Below, piece by piece: positions 17,549 to 26,056 of a stretch of DNA of 64,000 nucleotides. Origin of the DNA: Candidatus Omnitrophota bacterium (lineage in GTDB: Bacteria; Omnitrophota; Gorgyraeia; 2-01-FULL-45-10). The position numbers and the translations under genes were made by a program. The notes beneath the pieces were generated by a model. That model ran no database searches and had not been told where the DNA came from. It saw nothing but the letters and a program-made list of their open reading frames with translations. The stretch spans positions 8,518-72,517 of the forward strand of contig JAUYOL010000015.1 of NCBI GenBank assembly GCA_030695905.1, read 5' to 3'. Numbering within the stretch: position 1 is the stretch's first letter; each line of letters starts with the position of its first letter.

Positions 17549-18373
17549 TTGGATGTCAGGGTAGGACAATTTACATCTGAAGATAATTTAGGCCTATACT
17601 ATAATTACTGGCCGGTTCAGGATAATCGGGCCCCTGTCGCGGTATATCTTCACGGCCTGGAAAGCCATATGGGCTGGTTTTTTAATCTCGCCGAATCTTT
17701 GAATTCAAGAGGTATTAACGTATATGCTTTTGACAGGCGCGGCTCCGGTATTAACAAAGAAAGTTGTAAGAGCTTCTGTCCCAGATATATATTAAGCGAC
17801 GTAAAAACATTTCTGGACCTTGTGAAGCAGGACCATCCGGACAGCAAGATATTCCTGGTGGGCCTTTGCCTGGGCGGGAAGATAGCTGTAAGCTTCGCCT
17901 CTTTATATCAAAATTATGTCGATGGCCTGGTGCTGGTATCCCCGTCGCTTAAAAGTAAACTTAAATTTTCGCCTTTTGAAATATTGTCAATATTATTCAG
18001 GCCCAACAGCACGCTCAAAATACCCATCGAAGACAGGATGTTTACCTCAAACGAAAAATATCTTAAGCATATCAAAGTGGATCCTATGAGGCTTCACTAT
18101 ATTCCGGCGCAGCACCTTCTTGAGATCGCAAAGATGGACAGGTTTGTGAAGGCAGCTTTGCGCAATCTTCGGCTTCCCGTCCTTCTTATGCTGGCCGGTA
18201 TAGATGAAATAATAGATACTGGAAGCATAAAGAAGTGGTATGAAAAGCTGCCATCCCAAGATAAGACCATAAAGATATATGAGGACTTTTATCATCTATT
18301 GACCTTCGAGGAGAAGGCCGATGGGGTTATGGATGAAATTTCCGGATGGATATGGGGTAGGTCCAATGCCTGA
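17549..18373 (+). CDS. Alpha/beta hydrolase (lysophospholipase/monoacylglycerol-lipase-like) with an apparent Cys at the nucleophile elbow.
   Basis: HGLESHMGWF; elbow VGLCLGG (a G-x-C-x-G, where GxSxG is expected; Cys codon tgc at 17867-17869); and a C-terminal YEDFYHLL His region. Confidence 0.6.
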   Translation: MDVRVGQFTSEDNLGLYYNYWPVQDNRAPVAVYLHGLESHMGWFFNLAESLNSRGINVYAFDRRGSGINKESCKSFCPRYILSDVKTFLDLVKQDHPDSKIFLVGLCLGGKIAVSFASLYQNYVDGLVLVSPSLKSKLKFSPFEILSILFRPNSTLKIPIEDRMFTSNEKYLKHIKVDPMRLHYIPAQHLLEIAKMDRFVKAALRNLRLPVLLMLAGIDEIIDTGSIKKWYEKLPSQDKTIKIYEDFYHLLTFEEKADGVMDEISGWIWGRSNA

Positions 18374-19484
18374 AATATCAAAAATAGAGATCTTCAAGAC
18401 AAACTTGCCTTTTAAGCATTCCTTCAAACATTCACTTAAATCAAGAAACGACAGCGAGAGTATATTTGTAAAAGTTATACTGGATAACGGCATAACCGGT
18501 TTCGGGGAGAGTCTGCCCAGAAGTTATGTTACGGGCAATACGCAGGATTCTGTATTTAAAAATTTAAGTGATTCCGCCGGAAAGCTTATAGGAACCAGGC
18601 TTGATGATAACATAGAATCCATTAATTTTATAAAGAGCCTTGAGGGGCTGGAGGGCGAAGCGCGCTGCGCGGTAGAAATAGCGCTGCTCGATTCTCTTGG
18701 AAAAATTTGCTCTAAGCCGGTATCGGCATTTTTGGCAGATGTGGTAAACACGAAATTTGTCTATAGCATGATAATTCCTACCGTATCGGCGTTTAAAACA
18801 GGCCTTATATGCTTATTTGCCAAGGTCCAGGGGTATGAATTTATAAAGGTGAAAGTAGGGGCGGATACAGATGTACAGAGGGTGAAGCTCTGCAGGAAGA
18901 TATTGCCGAAGGCGGATATAAGAATTGACGCCAATGGCGTGTGGGATTCAGCAAAGACCGCGCTTGGGATGATTCAAAGATTGCGCCCCTTTAAAATATC
19001 GTGCATAGAGCAGCCTACGCCAAAAGACGATCTTGAAGCGATGCAGGAAGTGGCGGATTTTTGCGCCGAGCCGGTAATGGCGGATGAGTCTCTATGTACC
19101 AGGCAGGATGCCTTGAAGCTTGCCCAATCCAGAGTTTGCGATATGTTCAATGTGAGGCTCTCGAAATGCGGAGGAATATTCAGGTCATTGGATATTATGG
19201 ATATAGCCCGCAACCACGAGATGTCTTGTCAGATAGGCTGTCTTGTAGGCGAATCCGGCATTTTGTCGGCAGCCGGAAGGCACATCGCAAGTGTTGCCAA
19301 AAATATCGTTTATTTTGAGGGTTCCTATTCGAGATTTTTGCTTAAAGAAGATATTGTGGAAGAAGATTTGACACCTGCCAGGAGCGTCGGATATACTCTA
19401 AAAGGGGCCGGGTTGGGTGTGACTGTGAAAGAAGATATCTTGAGGAAGTATTCAAAAGAAAGCCTTTTGATAGGCCAGAAATGA
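18366..19484 (+). CDS. Enolase-superfamily enzyme (MR/MLE subgroup), a dipeptide epimerase / N-acyl-amino-acid racemase / OSBS-like protein.
   Basis: KVKVG catalytic Lys pair; metal ligands IDANGVWD, IEQP and ADES. The track ORF starts at 18321, but the likely start is MPEISK at 18366, after the hydrolase stop. Confidence 0.75.
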   Translation: MPEISKIEIFKTNLPFKHSFKHSLKSRNDSESIFVKVILDNGITGFGESLPRSYVTGNTQDSVFKNLSDSAGKLIGTRLDDNIESINFIKSLEGLEGEARCAVEIALLDSLGKICSKPVSAFLADVVNTKFVYSMIIPTVSAFKTGLICLFAKVQGYEFIKVKVGADTDVQRVKLCRKILPKADIRIDANGVWDSAKTALGMIQRLRPFKISCIEQPTPKDDLEAMQEVADFCAEPVMADESLCTRQDALKLAQSRVCDMFNVRLSKCGGIFRSLDIMDIARNHEMSCQIGCLVGESGILSAAGRHIASVAKNIVYFEGSYSRFLLKEDIVEEDLTPARSVGYTLKGAGLGVTVKEDILRKYSKESLLIGQK

Positions 19485-21139
19485 ATGCGCTAAGCCTTCT
19501 TGTAAAGATGCGTGCTTTTGCGGCGGATAAATTCGATAAAAAGACGAAAAACCCGCTATCCGCGCAGAAGGAGTTTTTGCTAAATATGCTGTATAGCAAC
19601 AGAGATACGGTTTTTGGCAAAGAACATAAGTTTTCCGAAATTAAAACCATAGACGATTTCCAAAAGAATGTTCCCGTCCGCAATTATGAGGGCTTAAGGC
19701 CGTACATAAAGAAGATGATGGAGGGCTCTGACGGCATTCTTGTAAAGGATAAGGTAATATTTTACGGCATCACCTCCGGCACCACCAGTATCCCTAAATT
19801 TATCCCTGTCACGAAAAAATCCCGCAGACAAAAATCCGCGGTTATGAATTTATGGCTTTATCACTTGCTTAAGAAACATCCCGAAGCGCTTGACGGTAAA
19901 TCATTTATTGTCTCAAGCCCCGCGGTGGAAGGCTACGCCGAATCGGGCGTGCCGTATGGCTCCGAATCCGGGGACGCTTACAGGCACATGCCGTCTTTTA
20001 TCAGCAAGCATTATGCGCTTCCCTACGAGGTTTTCTGCATTAAGGACTATGAAGCGCGATACTATACGATGTTAAGGATAGGCATAGAGGCGGACGTTAC
20101 AAATGTAGGCACTATGAATCCTCTTACTATACTTGTCCTTTGCCAGAAGATAGAAAAATATGTCAAAGAAATTATCGAAGATATAAGAAATGGTACTCTA
20201 AATAGCGCGTTAAACATCGACACCGATATACGTAAAGCGCTGGAGAAAAAATTGAGGCCCAACATTTCAAGGGCCGCCCAATTAGAGAAGTTGTTTATTG
20301 AGAAGGGGGCCCTCGTTCCTAAGGACTTTTGGCCTAATATGGCCCTTATCGAATGCTGGACAGGCGGCACTGTAGGGTTGTACTTAAAAGAGGTGATAAA
20401 ATATTTTTCTGAAGATATAAGCGTGCGCGACTTCGGATTTTTGGCGACCGAAGCGCGTTGTTCCGTGCCTGTATCCGATAATGGCCCGAGCGGCATATTG
20501 ACCATAACATCCAATTTTTATGAGTTTATGCCCGAAGAGGATATCGAGAAGGAAAGCCCGCGGTATTTGACAGTCGAAAAATTGGAGAAGGGCAAAAGAT
20601 ACTACATTATATTTACGACGACAGGAGGGCTGTACCGCTATAATATAGACGATATAGTAAAAGTTATAGGATCTTACAATGCCACGCCTGTTATAGAATT
20701 TATACAGAAAGGCAAGAACGTCTCCTCCGCCACAGGCGAAAAACTGTACGAAAGCCAAATCATAAGCGCGATACACAAGGCGAAAGAGATTACCGGTGTC
20801 AATGTGGAATTCTTTTGCTGCTGCCTGGAATGCCAGATACCTCCTAAATATTCTTTTCTGATAGAGTTTACATCTGATCCCGGCCATTCACAGAAGAAGA
20901 ACTTTTTAAACGTTGTCGAAGACAACCTCGGCAAGATAAACATAGAGTACAAGTCGAAACGCCTTTCACAGCGGCTGGGTGACCCCAACCTGAAAGTTTT
21001 GGAAAAAGGTTCCTTTGAAAAGTTCAGAAGAGCGCGTTTGTCGGCATTGCAGCATGACAGCCAGTTTAAAGCAACTCACTTAAGATGCGACTTTAAGATC
21101 CCGCCGGAATTTAAAATCATCGAGGAAATAGCACTTTAA
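19481..21139 (+). CDS. GH3-family acyl-acid amido synthetase, copy 2 (paralog of 14512-16167).
   Basis: ITSGTTSIPKFIPVT, YRYNIDDIVKVIGSY. It is collinear with copy 1 at roughly 40-55% identity over the aligned blocks. Confidence 0.75.
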   Translation: MNALSLLVKMRAFAADKFDKKTKNPLSAQKEFLLNMLYSNRDTVFGKEHKFSEIKTIDDFQKNVPVRNYEGLRPYIKKMMEGSDGILVKDKVIFYGITSGTTSIPKFIPVTKKSRRQKSAVMNLWLYHLLKKHPEALDGKSFIVSSPAVEGYAESGVPYGSESGDAYRHMPSFISKHYALPYEVFCIKDYEARYYTMLRIGIEADVTNVGTMNPLTILVLCQKIEKYVKEIIEDIRNGTLNSALNIDTDIRKALEKKLRPNISRAAQLEKLFIEKGALVPKDFWPNMALIECWTGGTVGLYLKEVIKYFSEDISVRDFGFLATEARCSVPVSDNGPSGILTITSNFYEFMPEEDIEKESPRYLTVEKLEKGKRYYIIFTTTGGLYRYNIDDIVKVIGSYNATPVIEFIQKGKNVSSATGEKLYESQIISAIHKAKEITGVNVEFFCCCLECQIPPKYSFLIEFTSDPGHSQKKNFLNVVEDNLGKINIEYKSKRLSQRLGDPNLKVLEKGSFEKFRRARLSALQHDSQFKATHLRCDFKIPPEFKIIEEIAL

Positions 21140-22560
21140 TGGAAGATCATATAATTACGGATAAAGGTAAGCAGAATTGGCTTATAACTATCGTTTCTTT
21201 GACCGTATTTATGTTCACTCTGGATTACAGCATGCTGAACATATCGCTTCCTGTCATAGCCAATTTTTATGGGGCCAATATCGGTATTGTTTCCCGCCTG
21301 CCTCTTGCATATCTATTGGTAGTTACGAGCACGGTTTTACTATTCGGCAGGCTTGGCGATATCGCAAGCTTCAAAAAGATATTTGTCTGGGGCCTTGGGG
21401 TATTTATAGCGGGAACATTTATTTGCGGCCTCGCGCCTACATTAAATACACTTTTAGCATTTAGGATATTTCAGTGTCTCGGTGAAGCTATGTTCAGCCC
21501 TATGGGCATAGCCATCGTGACGACATTTCTTCCGGATAGCGCCAAGGGCAAAGCGCTCGGGTTAATGGCTACCGCCCAAGGTTTAGGTTTCTGTCTCGGG
21601 CCCATACTGGGTGGATTTATAAATGACCACATCGGCTGGCATAATATATTCTTTGTAAATATCCCCGTAGGAATATTGGCTCTTATGGCCGCGCTCAAAG
21701 TCATACCTTCCAATCAGCCTATGCCGGAATCGAAACGCGTAGATCTTCCCGGAGCGGTACTGATTTTTATTTCGTTATCAACTTTAATTTTCGCGCTGAA
21801 TTCTATCGCGAAATTGGGATTGAAAAATAATATCATAATATCGTGCTTTGTGGTTTCCGCGGCGGCAATGGGAATTTTTATAATGACTGAAAAGAGGACC
21901 TCAAGCCCTATACTCGATCTGTCGCTTTTTCGCAATCCGGACTTTACATTCGCCACAATTTCCGCGCTATGTACCGTATTCGTTTATATGGGGCTGATAT
22001 TTCTGCTGCCGTTTTATTTTAGCATGGTCAGGGGTATGGATATCGTGCACTCGGGACTTTTGCTTATGATACCGGCGATAATGGTGGTTATCTTTGCCCC
22101 TATAGCCGGCAAGATATCGGATATGATTGGTTCCAGGCTGATCTGCTCGGCCGGCATAGGCCTGACAACTTTGGCATTTTTGATATTTTCTATCCTTACG
22201 CCCAAGTCGCCTGTTATATGCGTGATTCCCTCGCTGATACTGGCCGGAGTCGCGATAGGATTTTTTCTCCCCGCGAATAATAAGCTTGTTATGGTCCATG
22301 CGCCTTCAGACAAACAGGGCATGGCATCGGCCGTGTATAAGATACTTAACAGCATAGGCGGCGTATTTGGCATAGCCATACTGCCGCTCGTCCTTATGAG
22401 CAAAATTTATAAGACAGCGGCCCTTGAACATGTGAATATAGCCGCGGCCAGACATTCACCCGAAATATTGATAGCCGGATTTAACGCGGCGTTCCAATTT
22501 GCCATGTTTGTATGCGTGGCGGGCCTGGCAGCAACGATTATGGCAAAGGACAAAAAATAA
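21139..22560 (+). CDS. MFS transporter (14-TM drug:H+ antiporter DHA2-like exporter).
   Basis: GRLGDIASFKKIF (MFS motif A) and about 14 TM helices. Its start overlaps the stop of GH3 copy 2 (TAATGG). Confidence 0.8.
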   Translation: MEDHIITDKGKQNWLITIVSLTVFMFTLDYSMLNISLPVIANFYGANIGIVSRLPLAYLLVVTSTVLLFGRLGDIASFKKIFVWGLGVFIAGTFICGLAPTLNTLLAFRIFQCLGEAMFSPMGIAIVTTFLPDSAKGKALGLMATAQGLGFCLGPILGGFINDHIGWHNIFFVNIPVGILALMAALKVIPSNQPMPESKRVDLPGAVLIFISLSTLIFALNSIAKLGLKNNIIISCFVVSAAAMGIFIMTEKRTSSPILDLSLFRNPDFTFATISALCTVFVYMGLIFLLPFYFSMVRGMDIVHSGLLLMIPAIMVVIFAPIAGKISDMIGSRLICSAGIGLTTLAFLIFSILTPKSPVICVIPSLILAGVAIGFFLPANNKLVMVHAPSDKQGMASAVYKILNSIGGVFGIAILPLVLMSKIYKTAALEHVNIAAARHSPEILIAGFNAAFQFAMFVCVAGLAATIMAKDKK

Positions 22561-22563
22561 GTG

Positions 22564-22638
22564 GAGACGCTTTCCAAGTCAATCGGGAAGCTGCCCCCGC
22601 AATAAGACACTTTCCCGATGCGCTTGGAAAGCGTCTCC
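22564..22638 (+). promoter_or_regulatory. Extended imperfect hairpin (a 16-bp perfect outer stem plus a nested 8-bp inner stem) between the MFS gene and the radical-SAM gene.
   Basis: GGAGACGCTTTCCAAG (22564-22579) pairs with CTTGGAAAGCGTCTCC (22623-22638). Inside, ATCGGGAA (22592-22599) pairs with TTCCCGAT (22612-22619). There is no U-tract. The hairpin ends 8 nt before the ATG at 22647. Confidence 0.4.
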
Positions 22639-22646
22639 AGGGTATT

Positions 22647-23882
22647 ATGAAAAGAAGCAGAGAAGATAATTTGCTGGAGCCAGCCGGCATGAAGGCCGGC
22701 CGGTTTTTTAAACTTTCAGCCGGCGACCTTATAAAATTGCCCCCGGGAAGCGATATATTTAAGCTTCCGTCCAGGGAGGCGGTAGTTTACGACCCCGTTA
22801 GCTTAAAGTTTGTATCCCAGAAAGGCCGTATAGCGATAGCGGCGTTCCTGCCTCCGGGATACACCGTCACGTATAACAGCGCATATAAGGAAATAGGCAA
22901 ACCCAGGAAGCTGCCCCTTTTCGCTTATGCCGCATGCGCGTTGCGTCACGGGGATATCTACACCGCCGCAGTAAGGGTGGATGTGTCGCCATGCCATGAT
23001 TCAAGATTTATGGATATGCGGCTTGTCGAAACCAACGCGCGCAAGTTTTTGAAGATCTTTCCTAAAAACAGCCTTATAAGGCATCTTAAAAATTGCGCTT
23101 TATGCTATGGCTGCCCTAACGCTAAAAATTTCTTCCTAAATAAATACGAGGCCCCGCTGCCGACATCTCCTTCGTGTAACGCTCAATGCGCCGGATGTAT
23201 ATCGTATCAACCGGACGGACAGATACGGCAGACCCAGCCCAGAATAAAATTTATTCCATCCCCGGAAGAGATTGCCCAGATAGCGTTATTTCATATAAAG
23301 AATACCAAAAATCCTATTGTAAGTTTTGGCCAGGGCTGCGAAGGAGAGCCGCTTCTTTGCGCCGGGATAATAGAGAAGGCGATAAAGCTGATAAGAAAGG
23401 CCACGTCAAAAGGCGTTATTAATATCAATACGAACGCGAGTTCTCCGGAGGCGGTTGCCAGGCTCTTTGACGCCGGCCTCGATTCTATTCGCGTTAGCCT
23501 TAATAGTGTCCGGCAGAAATTTTATACAAGTTACTATAATCCTATGGGGTATTCTTTTGGGGATGTCGCCAAATCCATAGATATAGCCAAGAAGAAAAAA
23601 GGTTTTGTTTCGATAAATTATCTTACGGTGCCCGGTTTTACCGATTCAAAAGACGAATTTACCGCGTTTAAAAAGTTTTTGGTAATATATGGTATCGACA
23701 TGATACAATGGCGCAATCTTAATTATGACCCATTGAGGTATTTCAAAGAGATGAATATAAAACCGAATGCGTCGGATATGCTTGGCATAAAAGAGATAAT
23801 AGATTTATTGAAGAAAGAATTTCCAAAGGTCAGAATGGGATATTTCAATACGTATGAAGGTGTTAATAGTAGACGGGTATAA
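22647..23882 (+). CDS. Radical SAM domain protein with an additional N-terminal Cys cluster.
   Basis: CNAQCAGC (CxxxCxxC) followed by GQGCEGEPLL (a SAM-binding GGE-like motif). An extra CALCYGC (CxxCxxC) lies upstream. The start is inferred at MKRSRE, after the hairpin. The track ORF begins at 22512, inside the MFS gene. Confidence 0.6.
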   Translation: MKRSREDNLLEPAGMKAGRFFKLSAGDLIKLPPGSDIFKLPSREAVVYDPVSLKFVSQKGRIAIAAFLPPGYTVTYNSAYKEIGKPRKLPLFAYAACALRHGDIYTAAVRVDVSPCHDSRFMDMRLVETNARKFLKIFPKNSLIRHLKNCALCYGCPNAKNFFLNKYEAPLPTSPSCNAQCAGCISYQPDGQIRQTQPRIKFIPSPEEIAQIALFHIKNTKNPIVSFGQGCEGEPLLCAGIIEKAIKLIRKATSKGVININTNASSPEAVARLFDAGLDSIRVSLNSVRQKFYTSYYNPMGYSFGDVAKSIDIAKKKKGFVSINYLTVPGFTDSKDEFTAFKKFLVIYGIDMIQWRNLNYDPLRYFKEMNIKPNASDMLGIKEIIDLLKKEFPKVRMGYFNTYEGVNSRRV

Positions 23883-24240
23883 CGCTATACACAAGATACC
23901 GGAAATAGACTCCATCATGGATGAGAGCCTTGACCAGGCGCGGAGCGCTATAACCGGATTAGCGAAAGAGTATCAGCGCAGGATAGGGGGTATTTCAGAG
24001 GTATTCGTCGTGTTTGACGGCCAAGATGAATACAGGGGGCTTTCTTTAAATAAGCCAAACCAGGTTTTTTCAAGAACTGGCCAGGGCGATAGAAAAGTGA
24101 TAAGGCTGGCCCAGGACAAATCGGACAAGTTTCATGTGGTAGTGGTTTCAGACGATAATCGCGTAGGAAACAGCTGCCGCGCAGCCGGAGCGACGGTGAT
24201 AACGGTAAAGAAGTTTTATGACGCTATTAAAAAATATTAA
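23854..24240 (+). CDS. NYN-domain protein (YacP/Rae1-like putative ribonuclease).
   Basis: N-terminal MKVLIVDGYNAIHK, characteristic of YacP-type NYN domains. 128 aa. Confidence 0.5.
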   Translation: MKVLIVDGYNAIHKIPEIDSIMDESLDQARSAITGLAKEYQRRIGGISEVFVVFDGQDEYRGLSLNKPNQVFSRTGQGDRKVIRLAQDKSDKFHVVVVSDDNRVGNSCRAAGATVITVKKFYDAIKKY

Positions 24241-25450
24241 ACATACATTTAGGGCGCTTCGCTATAGAAACTACAGGCTATATTTTTCAGGCCAGACCAT
24301 ATCGCTTGTAGGTACATGGATGCAGCAGATGGCGATAAGCTGGCTCACATACCGTATAACAAATTCTGTTTTTATGTTGGGGCTTATAGGTTTTTTGGGC
24401 CAGATACCGACGCTTCTATTCACTCCTTTCGCCGGTGTATTCGCGGATAGATACAACAGGCATCGCATCCTTATGATAACCCAGGTATTGGAGATGGTTC
24501 AGGCGCTTATACTCGCGGCGCTTATAATGTCGGGGGTGATTTCTATATGGCATATAGTGATACTTACAATATTTTTAGGTATAGTAACGGCTTTTGACGC
24601 GCCCGCGCGCCATGCGTTTGTGGTGGAAATGGTTTCGACAAAAGAAGATCTAAGCAACGCCATCGCCTTAAACTCGCTGTCATTTAACGCGGCCCGTCTT
24701 ATAGGCCCGGCGATGGCCGGCATACTGGTCGCTATAGTGGGAGAGGGGATGTGCTTTTTCATAAACGGAGTAAGTTATATCGCGGTTATACTGGCTTTGT
24801 TCGGTATGCGTATTACTCCGAGGATGATACAAAAGGAGCATAAGCCGATAATGCATGGTTTCAAAGAAGGGATGCGTTATGTCCTGAATCATCCGACTAT
24901 AAAATCTATAATGCTTATAACGGCGCTGATAAGCCTTGTCGGCATGTCATATGTGGTATTGATGCCGGTATTTGCCAAAGATGTTCTGGGCGGCGGGCCG
25001 GGTACGCTGGGATATCTTATGGGAGTCTCAGGTTTGGGCGCGCTACTCGGTGCGCTATACCTTGCTTCAAGGAAGGATGTCAAGGGGCTTGGCAGAGTGG
25101 CCTTCTTTAACGCGAATTTATTCGGCATGGGCCTTATAGCCTTCTCATTTTCGCGCGTGCTTTGGCTCTCTATGGCAATTCTTGTATTTATAGGATTCGG
25201 GATGATGGCCCAGATGGCGTCTTATAATACGGTTTTGCAAACTATAGTGCATGATGATAAGCGCGGCAGGGTGATGAGCATATTTATGGCTGCTTTCATG
25301 GGCATGGTGCCGTTCGGCTATCTCATCGCCGGATCTTTAGCCAGTTTATTGGGAGCGCCGCGCTCACTTATGATATTTGGAATATTATCTGTCGCCGGTT
25401 CGCTTCTTCTCGTGCGCAAGGCGGATATGGCCAAGGAGGGGTTATGGTAA
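24218..25450 (+). CDS. MFS transporter (12-TM, EntS/MFS_3-like).
   Basis: FAGVFADRYNRHRIL (motif A-like), 12 predicted TM helices, 410 aa. Confidence 0.8.
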   Translation: MTLLKNIKHTFRALRYRNYRLYFSGQTISLVGTWMQQMAISWLTYRITNSVFMLGLIGFLGQIPTLLFTPFAGVFADRYNRHRILMITQVLEMVQALILAALIMSGVISIWHIVILTIFLGIVTAFDAPARHAFVVEMVSTKEDLSNAIALNSLSFNAARLIGPAMAGILVAIVGEGMCFFINGVSYIAVILALFGMRITPRMIQKEHKPIMHGFKEGMRYVLNHPTIKSIMLITALISLVGMSYVVLMPVFAKDVLGGGPGTLGYLMGVSGLGALLGALYLASRKDVKGLGRVAFFNANLFGMGLIAFSFSRVLWLSMAILVFIGFGMMAQMASYNTVLQTIVHDDKRGRVMSIFMAAFMGMVPFGYLIAGSLASLLGAPRSLMIFGILSVAGSLLLVRKADMAKEGLW

Positions 25451-25983
25451 ATTTTCATTTTGTGGAATTTTTTGATATCCCGGTATTTAATTTTATTAAT
25501 CATAATTTAAGTAATCATTTTTTAAATTATGTAATGCCCATTATAAGCCGGATGGGAGGCGGTGAATTGTACTTTGCCTTAGGTGTCTTGTTGCTTTTTT
25601 CCAGAAAAAGGGAATTAAAAATTTTAGGCATTGCCTTATTGGCAGGTATTACGGTCTCATACTATATTGTCACCGTGCTTAAAGTATTCATAGCAAGGCC
25701 CAGGCCTTTTGTAGCTCTTGCCAATGTAATTTTTTTGGGGCCTACGGAAAGAGGCTATTCCTTTCCGTCTAACCACACGACGATGGCTTTTATGACGGTC
25801 TCGTTATTGGCGAGCCATTTTAAAAAATATATTTTGTTTTATTCCTTCGCCGCGCTTGTGGCATTTTCAAGAGTTTATATGGGTGTCCACTATCCTATAG
25901 ACGTCCTCTCCAGCGCCATTCTCGGATGTTTTATAGGGTGGCCGTTAGTTCGGATCAGTCGTTTACTCGAAACAAAAGTATAG
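25444..25983 (+). CDS. PAP2-family membrane phosphatase (undecaprenyl-diphosphatase-like).
   Basis: The PAP2 signature KxxxxxxRP (KVFIARPRP), SFPSNHT, and SRVYMGVHYPIDV. Confidence 0.75.
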   Translation: MVNFHFVEFFDIPVFNFINHNLSNHFLNYVMPIISRMGGGELYFALGVLLLFSRKRELKILGIALLAGITVSYYIVTVLKVFIARPRPFVALANVIFLGPTERGYSFPSNHTTMAFMTVSLLASHFKKYILFYSFAALVAFSRVYMGVHYPIDVLSSAILGCFIGWPLVRISRLLETKV

Positions 25984-26016
25984 TAAGAAAAATATAGGAG
26001 TTTTGGCATAATTCAC

Positions 26017-26044
26017 TTGTTCTCGCCAGTAATTCCGTTATAAT
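26017..26044 (+). promoter_or_regulatory. Sigma70-like promoter: TTGTTC, a 16-bp spacer, then TATAAT.
   Basis: A perfect -10 at 26039-26044. The ATG of ETF-QO is at 26057, so the leader would be only about 6 nt, with no SD. Confidence 0.4.
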
Positions 26045-26056
26045 AGGTACCTATAT

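Noticed and set aside
14512-21139. The two GH3 genes considered as a nucleotide-level repeat or recent duplication, or a mobile element.
   Set aside because: Similarity is at the protein level only, roughly 40-55% identity in conserved blocks. Nucleotide sequences are diverged and there are no flanking repeats, so this is an old paralogous pair.
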